Source: Verrucomicrobiota bacterium
Lineage (GTDB): Bacteria; Verrucomicrobiota; Verrucomicrobiia; Limisphaerales; UBA11358
NCBI GenBank assembly: GCA_049511835.1
Contig: JBEKXN010000003.1
Span: forward strand, 33,248-97,247
DNA: 64,000 nucleotides
Direction: 5' to 3'
Position numbers and translations under genes: made by a program. Positions 19,951 through 29,037 of this stretch are shown piece after piece. The notes beneath the pieces were generated by a model, which searched no databases, was not told the DNA's origin, and saw only the letters and a list, made by a program, of their open reading frames with translations. Position 1 is the first letter of the stretch. Each line of letters opens with the position of its first letter.

Positions 19951-21105
19951 ATGGCATCGCTCCGCAAAAAAGACCGCTCGCCGTTCTGGTTCGCGTGCTA
20001 CACGCTCCCCGATGGCCGTCGCACGCAACGCAGCACCGGCACACCCGACAAGCGCAAGGCTTTGGGCCTCGCCCTCAAATATGAGGATGCCTCCCGCGAA
20101 GCTGTCGCCGGTCGCTTCATCGAATCGCGGGCACGGAGAGTTATCGCAGACATCTACGCGCTTGCCAATACCGAAGTGCTTCCCAATTCGTCCACCAGCG
20201 CATTTTTGAAAACATGGCTTGACCGTAAATCGCTAGAAGCCGACGACGCCACCCACCAACGCTATACGGGTGTCATAACCCAATTCATCGAACACATCGG
20301 ACACAAGGCCAACGCCGACATCAAGAAAATCACGCCGACCGATGTTGCTGGTTTCCGCGACGCCGCCGCGCAGCGGCTTGCCGTCAGTTCGGCCAATTTG
20401 ATGCTGAAAATTCTCCGTTCCGCCTTTGCCGCCGCCCGCCGCGAAGGATTGATGGACGACAACCCCGCCGAGCGCGTGACCATCCTGAAGCAGCGGAAAA
20501 ACTTTGAACGCCGCCCGTTCACGCTGCCCGAACTGAAGCGGCTCATGGAACTGGCGGATAAAGAATGGCGCGGCATGATTCTTTTCGGCCTTTACACCGG
20601 CCAGCGGTTGGGCGACATCGCCACGCTTACGCGGACGAACCTTGACCTCACCAAGCAAGAAATCCGCCTGACCACCGGCAAGACCGGCAGACGGCAGCTT
20701 CTGCCGCTCTCCGCGCCGTTGCTTGACTACGTTAAAAAATTGCCCGCCAATGATGCGCCAGACGCGCCGCTTTTTCCGAACGCGCACGCGACGGTGCAGC
20801 GGCAAGGCCGCGCTGGAAACTTGAGCAACCAGTTTCATAAACTGCTTGTTGCTGCCGGACTTGCCGAGAAGCGCAGTCACCACAGCACCGGCAAAGGCCG
20901 CGATGCTTCGCGCGAACAAAACGAAATCAGTTTTCATTCGCTGCGGCACACGGCTACCACCCTGCTTAAAGCTGCTGGTGTATCGGACGCCATAACGCGG
21001 GAGTTCATCGGCCACGACTCGCCCACTGTGTCCAAACAATACACGCATATTCCCACCGACACCTTGCGGCGGGCCGCGAACAAGCTGCCAAACATTCTCA
21101 AATGA
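19951..21105 (+). CDS. Tyrosine recombinase/integrase
   Basis: YTGQRLGD (R), FHSLRH (HxxR), IGH, QYTH (Y); N-terminal arm-binding-like region. Confidence 0.95.
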   Translation: MASLRKKDRSPFWFACYTLPDGRRTQRSTGTPDKRKALGLALKYEDASREAVAGRFIESRARRVIADIYALANTEVLPNSSTSAFLKTWLDRKSLEADDATHQRYTGVITQFIEHIGHKANADIKKITPTDVAGFRDAAAQRLAVSSANLMLKILRSAFAAARREGLMDDNPAERVTILKQRKNFERRPFTLPELKRLMELADKEWRGMILFGLYTGQRLGDIATLTRTNLDLTKQEIRLTTGKTGRRQLLPLSAPLLDYVKKLPANDAPDAPLFPNAHATVQRQGRAGNLSNQFHKLLVAAGLAEKRSHHSTGKGRDASREQNEISFHSLRHTATTLLKAAGVSDAITREFIGHDSPTVSKQYTHIPTDTLRRAANKLPNILK

Positions 21106-21260
21106 ATGACGAGGCCAGCTTACCGTCGTGACCAGCGCGCTTTCTTGCTTCACTTCACCGGCTTGATGGTCGGCCCTGTTTCCCTCACGACCACGCCGGT
21201 TCCGTTCCGCAGAAAGCGCGCTCGTCACGAGCGGCATCTGTTTCAGCCGAATGATCGGCG

Positions 21261-21364
21261 TGCTTCCGCCTGCGGTTTGGCGACGGACGTTACGCTCCGG
21301 CTCCGTTCCTGCGTCTCTGCGCCTGCGCTCCACTTTCCCGTTCGCCAAACCGCAGGCCGAAGCA
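21261..21364. repeat. Stem-loop enclosing 31-bp motif, copy 1
   Basis: 15-bp IR 21269-21283/21342-21356 around TCCGGCTCCGTTCCTGCGTCTCTGCGCCTGC (21296-21326), identical to 45991-46021. Confidence 0.8.
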
Positions 21365-21481
21365 AGGGCGAGGATTGACCCTCGTTGCAGACTTTTCATT
21401 TGCCGACAAAGTGGATAATTTTAATCACAAATGATTTTGGCAATCGGCTCCGATTGCCAAGAGCCAGCAAACCAAGTTGAC

Positions 21482-22006
21482 ATGAGAAAGCGAATTGAAC
21501 CTCTTCAACCGCCCAACAGCTTTCATTTGTCGGCAGCGGATGGCTGGCTTGGGCTGGGCGATTTTTTGGCGGCAAACGAAGAACTGAAAAAAATCACAGC
21601 GGAATCAAGGTCACATCCTGATGTGCTGGAAATTCGCTGGCAGATTTACGCAAAAGAAAAGCGATGGGAGGAGTGCGTTGATGTTGCCAAAGTCTTCACC
21701 AAACTTGCACCCACCGAATCAAAAGCCTGGTTTCATCTGGCTTATTCAACCCGCCAAGTTAAAGACGGCGGCTTGGAGGCGGCGATTGAAATTTTGAGGC
21801 CAAGGGTGGAGAGTTTTCCAAAGAACCCTTACTTTTGCTTCTACCTTGCTTGTTATACGGCCCAATTAAACCGGCTGGTTGAATCAACGCAGTGGTGGGA
21901 TCAAGCATTGGAGATTGCGCGCAGAAACGGTCAGTTTAATAAAATCCGCCTGATGGCGCTGGATGATCCCGACTTGGAACCGCTGTTGAAAGGAATTGGG
22001 AAGTGA
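21482..22006 (+). CDS. TPR-repeat protein
   Basis: Helical repeats (AWFHLAY, FYLACYTAQL), terminal DDPDLEPL. Confidence 0.7.
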   Translation: MRKRIEPLQPPNSFHLSAADGWLGLGDFLAANEELKKITAESRSHPDVLEIRWQIYAKEKRWEECVDVAKVFTKLAPTESKAWFHLAYSTRQVKDGGLEAAIEILRPRVESFPKNPYFCFYLACYTAQLNRLVESTQWWDQALEIARRNGQFNKIRLMALDDPDLEPLLKGIGK

Positions 22007-22052
22007 CTTGAAGCAGTGATGCAGAATAAACAACAAAATCAATCGTTTGTTT

Positions 22053-22571
22053 ATGGCTTTAATTTCATGCAAAGAATGTAATGGATCTGTCAGCACAGAG
22101 GCTGTCACCTGTCCGCATTGTGGCGCACCGCAACAGCGACCTGTGCCGCCACCGTTGCCTGTGCCGCCGCAAGAACGAAAGATATATTTGGACAAGGTTG
22201 TGGCTGTAACCACGACACGGGTGGTTATCGGAGGAACAACCTATGCGTTGCGAAACATCACGTCAGTCAGCATGACATACACACCGCCAGGGGTTTTGGG
22301 GGCAATCCTGCTTCTCTTTGTTGGCATCATCATTTTCTTCATCGGGGAATTTCTTTCATACGGTGGAATCTCTCCAACGGCGATCATCACCTACGCGGCT
22401 GCCGGCATCATTGTTTGTGGAACTATCTTTGGAATGTGCAGGGCAAAACCTACGTATCATATCTGTCTTTCGAGCACGGCGGGCGAAATCCAAGTGCTCA
22501 CTTCCAAAAACAAGGCTTACATTGAAAAGATCGTGGTGAGCATCAATGACGCCATTGCACTCTATAAATAA
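22053..22571 (+). CDS. Zinc-ribbon + DUF6232-like membrane protein
   Basis: CKEC...CPHCG, TTTRVVIGGTTYALRNITSV, two TM segments. Confidence 0.65.
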   Translation: MALISCKECNGSVSTEAVTCPHCGAPQQRPVPPPLPVPPQERKIYLDKVVAVTTTRVVIGGTTYALRNITSVSMTYTPPGVLGAILLLFVGIIIFFIGEFLSYGGISPTAIITYAAAGIIVCGTIFGMCRAKPTYHICLSSTAGEIQVLTSKNKAYIEKIVVSINDAIALYK

Positions 22572-22632
22572 AGTTGAAGGCAGAGGTGAAGTTTGTCATG
22601 CTGGCGCGCGTCAGAAGCAACGTGGGAATTTT

Positions 22633-22944
22633 ATGATTTCAAACGAACGCCCCTCGCCTTTCCACCAGCAGCCGTATCATCAGCACTATGCACCGCAGCC
22701 ACCGCGTCCATTCGTTCAGGAAGACACGCTTAAATCCGAGCAAATTCAAATTGAGCGCAAGTCGTTTCTCTTGACGCTGAAGGAGAATCCGCGCGGACGG
22801 TTCCTGCGTATCTCCGAAGAAGTTGGCGGCAAACGCAATTCAATCATCGTTCCCGCCCCCGGGCTGGAAGATTTCAAAAGGTTGTTGGACGAGATGATCA
22901 CGTCTTCCAATAAGCTGCCGCCGAAACTTGCACCAACGGCCTAA
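22633..22944 (+). CDS. PUR-repeat (PurA-type) ssDNA/RNA-binding protein
   Basis: LKSEQIQIERKSFLLTLKENPRGRFLRISEEVGGKRNSIIVP matches the PUR repeat pattern. Confidence 0.8.
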   Translation: MISNERPSPFHQQPYHQHYAPQPPRPFVQEDTLKSEQIQIERKSFLLTLKENPRGRFLRISEEVGGKRNSIIVPAPGLEDFKRLLDEMITSSNKLPPKLAPTA

Positions 22945-22985
22945 TTGGGTAGAATTAAATAGAGCTATGGCAACAGGAGGTAATC

Positions 22986-23291
22986 ATGCAATCCTGGCAA
23001 ATAAAAGCACTTGAACTTGAAGAATCCGCATTGAAATACCTGGATGGAATCATTGCCGGTCATCCGCTATACGCCTCGTTCGGTTTTGTCTGTTTATTTA
23101 TGGCATTGGGCCTCGGCCTGATTTTGCTGCTAATCAGGGGACGAAAAAATCTAAAGGGAAAATCCTATGTCCCGCCAGTCATCATATACATGTCGGAACC
23201 GCCGCCGCCACCGCCCGACACGTTCGATCCATTTCCACCGCCGCACCACCATTCGATACCTTACGATGACAATAGTGATGAGTATCAATGA
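22986..23291 (+). CDS. Hypothetical membrane protein with Pro-rich tail
   Basis: GGAGG RBS; single TM helix; PPPPPP tail. Confidence 0.6.
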   Translation: MQSWQIKALELEESALKYLDGIIAGHPLYASFGFVCLFMALGLGLILLLIRGRKNLKGKSYVPPVIIYMSEPPPPPPDTFDPFPPPHHHSIPYDDNSDEYQ

Positions 23292-23315
23292 CGCCATTGT
23301 GAAGTGTTGGCACAC

Positions 23316-23537
23316 TCATTTAACAGATTCGGGAGCGATTGACGGACATAGCCGCAGGAAGACCTGCTTGCCACATTGGCCGACGCTCAAATCGTCGCAC
23401 CAGAAAACCCGGTCGCCTTCAATAGCTTCAATCTCGCGGATAAACAAGCCGTTGCGATGCAAATAACGGCCACCCACTTTTAGGTCACTTCCTTTAAGAT
23501 GCGAAAGTGCCGGTGCAGCTAATGTTTTTTCAGACAT
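23316..23537 (-). CDS. Hypothetical protein
   Basis: 73-aa ORF, plausible composition (LKVGGRY..REIEAIEGDRVFW). Confidence 0.5.
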   Translation of the reverse strand: MSEKTLAAPALSHLKGSDLKVGGRYLHRNGLFIREIEAIEGDRVFWCDDLSVGQCGKQVFLRLCPSIAPESVK

Positions 23538-23628
23538 CGGGATTCTTTGTTGATTTTACCGACAGATAAACCTATGCGCCATCAATCAGAATGTTGCAAC
23601 CCTTAAAATCAATCATTGCTTGGCGGCT

Positions 23629-23985
23629 CTAATTCAAAGCTGGTTCTGATTGTGGCGTGGTGGATTTCGTTTCCGTCACCACAATTTCCCGAATCTTCGG
23701 CTGGTTTTCAGCAATGAGCGAATGATATTTCTCCGGGAGTTTCATGATGCCAGATAGTTCCAGCCGCCAGACCGCCGTTTCAATGCGCTGCAAAACGTGG
23801 CCGGAAATCAAAATTTCATGCGTGGCAAAAACCAGACGCAGTTTTTGTTCCTTACCATCACTGTCCAGATCAGCAAAAACGAATTGATCCAGCGGCAGCA
23901 CGAGCCAGCGGGTTGCCGTCATTTGAACGCGCAGACAGCGCGCCTGTGAATCAGTGGTGTAACATTCGGGCGCTTTGGTGTTCAT
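23629..23985 (-). CDS. Hypothetical protein downstream of relaxase (paralog of 50059-50454)
   Basis: Overlaps relaxase stop; shared pattern with 50059 ORF. Confidence 0.65.
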   Translation of the reverse strand: MNTKAPECYTTDSQARCLRVQMTATRWLVLPLDQFVFADLDSDGKEQKLRLVFATHEILISGHVLQRIETAVWRLELSGIMKLPEKYHSLIAENQPKIREIVVTETKSTTPQSEPALN

Positions 23986-26761
23986 GTTTTTGTCCTGGTT
24001 GAGAATGACGCCGGGATTGTTTCAATCGGCAAAACGTATCGGCGGCATGTCGGCCAAACCGCAGGAGACAGCCATGCAGCCGGTCCCAAAACGGATTGTG
24101 ATTGAGCGGACGCAGACCACCGGCAAATTCCAACGCCAGCGGCCTGTGGCCGGAACGCGCCAGATTCTCGCGCAACTGCTCCTTGTCCGGTGTAAAAATG
24201 CGGACGCCACGCCGTCCGCGCGAAATGGTGACATACCATTGTTGCGCGTTCGTCGCGGCCTTGATGGTGGAATCGGAAAAGAGAACGTAATCCACCGTCT
24301 TGCCCTGTGAACCGTAGGACGTGACGGCGTAGCCGGGAAGAAATTCCCGAAAACTTTTGCCCAGAACACGGCCGTCGGTTAATTCAATGGTTCCATTGGA
24401 GTGAACTGATTTGACGGCGACCAATTCGCCGTTGGTGACGCGAGCGCCGGAGGCCAGCTTGCGATTGGCCTTGAGATGCAGTTTATCGCCTTGCGCGACC
24501 GGAATTTCGCGCGGCAGGCAAACAGTGATTTTATCCAGCACCTTGTTTGAAACCAAAACATCTTTTCCGTTAATCTCGACAAAGATGCCACATTCACGGA
24601 TTGCCGTCAGTTTTCCGCGCATCCCCGGTTCGGCTTGCCGCACTTTCTGATTGAACACAATCACCGCGTCTTGCGGATAAAATCTTTTGTCGCGCTTTTG
24701 CGCGTTGGTTAAATCTATTTTGTCCAATGCCCGAACGATGACATCATTTGCACCGAGCAATCCCTTTCCTTTAAGGCCATCACGCACCTTTGAATTGACG
24801 CGATGCACTTCCGCCCAGGTCTGCGATACCACCACGGCGGAAGCCTTTTCTTCCATGAGCCGAACATACTCATTGGCCAGCTTGTCCGCCTGCTCACCCA
24901 AGCCGCAGGAAACCACCGCGCCCATTTTGTCCAGCCGTTCAAACGATTCGGCCAGTTTGCCAGCGGCGGCAACTTCAACGGCCTTGCGATACTGTTTGAT
25001 CTTGGAACTTTCTTTTTTACTGCGGCCAAGTGCGGGGTCTTGGCGGCGAATCGTGTGAAGTTCGACCGGCTTGACGCCGGAATATCGTTCAATGGCCAGC
25101 AGCGCATCCGATGCCTCGACCGCTCCATGCTGGCGCGTGTCGCCCGACAAAATCACCCGCGCTTTTCGCTCCCGCGCCAGCCGGAGCAGTTCAGACATTT
25201 GGCGACCACCAATCTGCCCGGCCTCGTCCACGACGATAACCGTGCCTTCGACCAGTTCATGTTTGAGCAAAAAACTTGTCACTGTCGTTGGCGACGGAAA
25301 GCCGTCCCGCTCCATGCTGACAACCTGCTGGCGTTGCGGCGCGAGCACAACCACGCTTTTGCCGGATTGCCGGACCTGCTCGACCAGCTCGCCCAGGACA
25401 AAACTTTTGCCTGTGCCCGCGCCGCCACGGAATAGCGAAACCGCATTGGTGGAATGCAGCAGCGAATCCAAAGCCAGACGTTGCTCGTCATCCAGTTTTG
25501 GATCTGCCGTATAGGAATGTTCCATCAGTGGCCTGCAATTGCTCGTGCCGTCCTTGACGGTCTGGACAATTTCCATTTCCCGCAACAGCACTTCACGCAA
25601 TGTCACTTCGACAGGACGCTCCGAATTGCGGAGGTAAGGACGCGAGCGCGTGAACTCTTTGAGTTCATCCACGGAGAAGTTTTCCCCGCGTCCCCGTTCC
25701 AATGCCTGCTGCCACAATTGACATTCCAGCGCGACCGAGTTGCGGTCAAACAGATGATCCTCAGCCCATTGGACGGACTCACCGACGCTCATTCGGTTGC
25801 CAGTGGCTTTTCCCAAACGATTCGGAAGCTCGCGCAAGGCGGCGCGCTCGCTTTCACTCAACTGCACATCCCATAACGCCCGTTGCTCGTCATGGCTCAA
25901 TTCTTTCTGTTTGCGCGCCCGCTCCGTCGTAGCAGTCAACTCGCGCATGTCCATCAAATCGCCACCCACGCATTCCGGCTTTTCTGCCAGCAACTTTTTA
26001 ATGGCCTCGTCAATCTGCGTATGCCGCTTGGAAAAGCGTTCACAAATGTCATCCGAAATGCCCTCGATTTGAAAATCCCCACGCGCCCGGTTGTGAATCC
26101 CATAACCGAACCCGCGCAGCTTGCGGGCGAGTTCATGGTAATAGACGTTCTCGGCAAATTTCCGCGCCCGGAGGAGTTCATAATTTTGCAGCGCCTTCCA
26201 GCGATTTTCGACGGCATCAAACGTCGCGTTGAAGACGATACAATGGGTATGCAAATGCGGGTCCAGGGCGCGGGACGTATCATGCGTGAACGTGGCGGCG
26301 ACAAAATTGCCGGTGGAGCGGTCACAGTCCGCCTTGCCGATCCGAACCCGCGTTGTGGCAAATGCCTCAAATTCCCTCATCGCCGAACGGACGGCCTGGG
26401 CATGGGCTTCCAAAATCCGTTCATCCGCGCCGACCAATGCGGCGACCGAAACCGATTTGGGCGGCGAGAAAGTGAAATCGTAAAAAATCCGGCGATTGGT
26501 GGCGTTGCCCCCGGCCTTATCCATCCGCATGGTATTCAGGCGTGGCGTCAATGTGTCGCCCGAAGCCGGATGCAGGTTCTCGCAGAGACGCAGAAAGGCT
26601 TCCGCGCCGACTTTGCCAGACAGACCGAGCCGTTCTGCACCCAGGCCGAACCACTGGCCTGTCACCCGCTGCCCTTCATCATAATAATCCCCCACGCAAA
26701 GATGTTCCTCAAAGTATTCCTTTGCGTTCTTCAAATTGTATTGCGTCTTGGCCGTGACCAT
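23951..26761 (-). CDS. MOBF (TrwC-type) relaxase-helicase
   Basis: N-terminal DYY, DFTFSPPKSVS, HDTSRALDPHLHTH (HUH), helicase GGAGTGKS, VDEAGQ, YAVTSYGSQGKT. Confidence 0.95.
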   Translation of the reverse strand: MVTAKTQYNLKNAKEYFEEHLCVGDYYDEGQRVTGQWFGLGAERLGLSGKVGAEAFLRLCENLHPASGDTLTPRLNTMRMDKAGGNATNRRIFYDFTFSPPKSVSVAALVGADERILEAHAQAVRSAMREFEAFATTRVRIGKADCDRSTGNFVAATFTHDTSRALDPHLHTHCIVFNATFDAVENRWKALQNYELLRARKFAENVYYHELARKLRGFGYGIHNRARGDFQIEGISDDICERFSKRHTQIDEAIKKLLAEKPECVGGDLMDMRELTATTERARKQKELSHDEQRALWDVQLSESERAALRELPNRLGKATGNRMSVGESVQWAEDHLFDRNSVALECQLWQQALERGRGENFSVDELKEFTRSRPYLRNSERPVEVTLREVLLREMEIVQTVKDGTSNCRPLMEHSYTADPKLDDEQRLALDSLLHSTNAVSLFRGGAGTGKSFVLGELVEQVRQSGKSVVVLAPQRQQVVSMERDGFPSPTTVTSFLLKHELVEGTVIVVDEAGQIGGRQMSELLRLARERKARVILSGDTRQHGAVEASDALLAIERYSGVKPVELHTIRRQDPALGRSKKESSKIKQYRKAVEVAAAGKLAESFERLDKMGAVVSCGLGEQADKLANEYVRLMEEKASAVVVSQTWAEVHRVNSKVRDGLKGKGLLGANDVIVRALDKIDLTNAQKRDKRFYPQDAVIVFNQKVRQAEPGMRGKLTAIRECGIFVEINGKDVLVSNKVLDKITVCLPREIPVAQGDKLHLKANRKLASGARVTNGELVAVKSVHSNGTIELTDGRVLGKSFREFLPGYAVTSYGSQGKTVDYVLFSDSTIKAATNAQQWYVTISRGRRGVRIFTPDKEQLRENLARSGHRPLALEFAGGLRPLNHNPFWDRLHGCLLRFGRHAADTFCRLKQSRRHSQPGQKHEHQSARMLHH

Positions 26762-26793
26762 CGGGAATGAGTCTGCCAAAAGGCCGGTTCCAT

Positions 26794-26816
26794 TTTGTTC
26801 CAAAATGGAACAAAGC
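26794..26816. promoter_or_regulatory. Palindromic operator-like site, copy 1
   Basis: TTTGTTCC-AAAAT-GGAACAAAGC, identical to 49233-49255; lies between divergent relaxase and 26846 genes. Confidence 0.65.
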
Positions 26817-26845
26817 AACCGGCGGAAACTGGTTCACTGGGAGGC

Positions 26846-27343
26846 ATGAAAATGTTTGAAATGCCAACGCCAAAACCTAACGAACAACTTTGGGGAATTT
26901 ATTTCGCCGACAGGGAATACGCCCGCGAAAATTTTGACCCATTAAGGGGGGTTGTTTCAGCACCAACAAAAAATGCCGCCGAGGAAGCTGCGTTCAAGCT
27001 CGGTTTGGGCTGTGCATGGGCGCATCCCCTTCCACCTGAACAAGCCAAACAAATCCGTGAAATGCAGTCACCAGAACCTCCCACCATAACCATGCAGCCG
27101 ACCACCGCAGAATTACGCACCGCCATCGAAGTTTTGAAGATGCTCGATCAGCGCATCCATGACCATGCCGCTCATTCCGTATCGCAGTTGCCGGACACGG
27201 ACTTGGGCGACCGATATGCCGTCTTCATATCTGATCGAAGTATTGAACAGACCAGCCACATTGAAAAAGTCTCGATACAGTTAAAAAACTGGCGCGAGGA
27301 AATGTTGCAAGCAAGGAAGCAGCAAGTGACGCAATCAGTATGA
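26846..27343 (+). CDS. Hypothetical protein
   Basis: GGAGG RBS before ATG 26846; 165 aa. Confidence 0.6.
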   Translation: MKMFEMPTPKPNEQLWGIYFADREYARENFDPLRGVVSAPTKNAAEEAAFKLGLGCAWAHPLPPEQAKQIREMQSPEPPTITMQPTTAELRTAIEVLKMLDQRIHDHAAHSVSQLPDTDLGDRYAVFISDRSIEQTSHIEKVSIQLKNWREEMLQARKQQVTQSV

Positions 27344-27344
27344 A

Positions 27345-27550
27345 AATGAATTTTTTAACAATGCACGCCCTACCCCTTCCAAGGGGAAGGATTCTGCGCT
27401 TCGCGCATTGCCCCGCCAATGCGGTGTCAGCCGCCAACAAACACGCGCACATTCGTGCTTCGCATCATGCCAACAAGGTTGCTTCGTCAAGTGCCTCGCC
27501 AACTGCTTCGCTTGCCGCCAACCCTGTCGCCCCGCTCATGCTTCGTCACC
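27345..27550. other. Candidate oriT / stbS-like repeat region
   Basis: Between relaxase and traK-like gene; IR CGCATTG/CAATGCG (27404-27423); TGCTTCG at 27456, 27480, 27504, 27539; nic site not identified. Confidence 0.35.
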
Positions 27551-27551
27551 C

Positions 27552-28007
27552 ATGAACCGAAATGCCATCCCACCCGCAGCGTTGGATCGCTTCCGCGCTG
27601 CCGCGTCACAATACACGCATACCGCCAAGTCGCGTGCTTCGCGTCTGTTGACACTCAAGGATGACATAGCCGCGCTTCGCAAACGCGGTATCTCGTATCG
27701 CGCCATCGGTGAACTGCTCACCCAAAGCGGCATCCCCGCCTCGGACACCTGCGTCACCAACTTCTGTCATCGTGTTCTGAAAGAAAGGCTCGCTCACAAG
27801 TCATCCGCCAAGGGGCGTGCTTCGCGTCATGCCAACCATCCTGCTTCGCCAAAAACCACGCCGGATGCTTCGGCGAAAGCCAAGCTGCCGCCCGCGCCGG
27901 CCACAACCCACAAACCCACACCCATGCCAGCCGAAACTTCGGCGTTCGCGTCGCGCGGGCCGCGCATCGCCAAAGTTGAAATGCTGCCACCCGGAGAAAC
28001 AATATGA
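27552..28007 (+). CDS. TraK/StbA-like DNA-binding protein
   Basis: LKDDIAALRKRGISYRAIGELL..NFCHRVL helical HTH-like core, basic Pro/Ala tail; first of three coupled genes. Confidence 0.5.
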   Translation: MNRNAIPPAALDRFRAAASQYTHTAKSRASRLLTLKDDIAALRKRGISYRAIGELLTQSGIPASDTCVTNFCHRVLKERLAHKSSAKGRASRHANHPASPKTTPDASAKAKLPPAPATTHKPTPMPAETSAFASRGPRIAKVEMLPPGETI

Positions 28008-28705
28008 ACAAACGCCTCGATTTAATTTTTAACGGCAAGGGCGGTGTCGGCAAAAGTTTCTTTGCCGTCAATTTCGTCCAATACCTAAAAGACAAAAACA
28101 TCAAATTTGTCGCCTGCGACTGCGACAATGAAAATTCCACGTTAAAACGCTTTCATGGCGACGACGTGCAGTTTTTGGATCTGGCCCATCCGCGCGGCCT
28201 GGACGCAATGATTCGCGCACTGGAAAAAACCGATCTCGTCGTCGTGGACTGCCGTGCCGCGTCCACCGAGGTATTTTTCAATTATTTCGACGAGATTGCC
28301 TTGCAGCCAACGCTCAAAGACCTGTCCGCCGCGCTCACGCTTGTCATGCCCGTCAATCAGGAGTCCGACAGCATTGACCAGCTTAACCGCATCACCGACA
28401 AACTAAAAAACGCCTGCGCCTACGTTGTGCTACGAAACACGGTTCACAGCAATGATTTTGCCGTTTTTGACCATTCCGTCATCCGCAAGCGGCTGTTAAA
28501 AGAACTCGGCGCGAAGGAAATCACCATGAGCAAATTGCAGCCCTGGCTGGTGGAGGAGTTGAGCCACGACAATCTCACCATCACGCCCGCCGTGGCCGAC
28601 GGTCATCTGCATTTGCTGGACCGCCAGCGGCTGCAAACGTGGCAGCGCAAATTTTACGCGGAAATCGAATCGGCGGCGGAATTTCTATTGCCCGCAAAAC
28701 CATGA
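28004..28705 (+). CDS. TraL/StbB-like P-loop ATPase (ParA/MinD superfamily)
   Basis: NGKGGVGKS, CDCDNEN, VVDC. Confidence 0.75.
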   Translation: MNKRLDLIFNGKGGVGKSFFAVNFVQYLKDKNIKFVACDCDNENSTLKRFHGDDVQFLDLAHPRGLDAMIRALEKTDLVVVDCRAASTEVFFNYFDEIALQPTLKDLSAALTLVMPVNQESDSIDQLNRITDKLKNACAYVVLRNTVHSNDFAVFDHSVIRKRLLKELGAKEITMSKLQPWLVEELSHDNLTITPAVADGHLHLLDRQRLQTWQRKFYAEIESAAEFLLPAKP

Positions 28706-29037
28706 GCGCACCCGAACAAACAACGCCGCCCGACTTTGACGAGGATTTTTTGCAGGCCATCGCCAAATGGAAGGAGCAGTTCAAAATCAAGGATGATGAC
28801 CCGATTTTATTATTGCTGGATTTGTTTCGGATTCACCAAAACCATTGGGATGAAATTCGTCACCGGCAAATGCCCTCGCTCGATGAATTTGAAAAAGACA
28901 TCACGGCTTTGACCGAAGCTACAAAGATTTTGAAGGAACGGGCATTGAAAGAAATTCAGGCGGTGGAGTTGCCAACTGCCATTTACTCCGTCATCGCCGC
29001 CGTCATCGCCGGTTTTCTCATCGGAAAATTCTTATGA
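28702..29037 (+). CDS. TraM-like membrane protein
   Basis: DDDPILLLL motif, C-terminal TM; synteny after traL-like gene. Confidence 0.5.
   Translation: MSAPEQTTPPDFDEDFLQAIAKWKEQFKIKDDDPILLLLDLFRIHQNHWDEIRHRQMPSLDEFEKDITALTEATKILKERALKEIQAVELPTAIYSVIAAVIAGFLIGKFL

Noticed and set aside
27340-27555. 71-aa ORF upstream of the traK-like gene as a real gene
   Set aside because: Low-complexity Ala/Ser product made of the repeats; more likely regulatory DNA or a duplicated fragment
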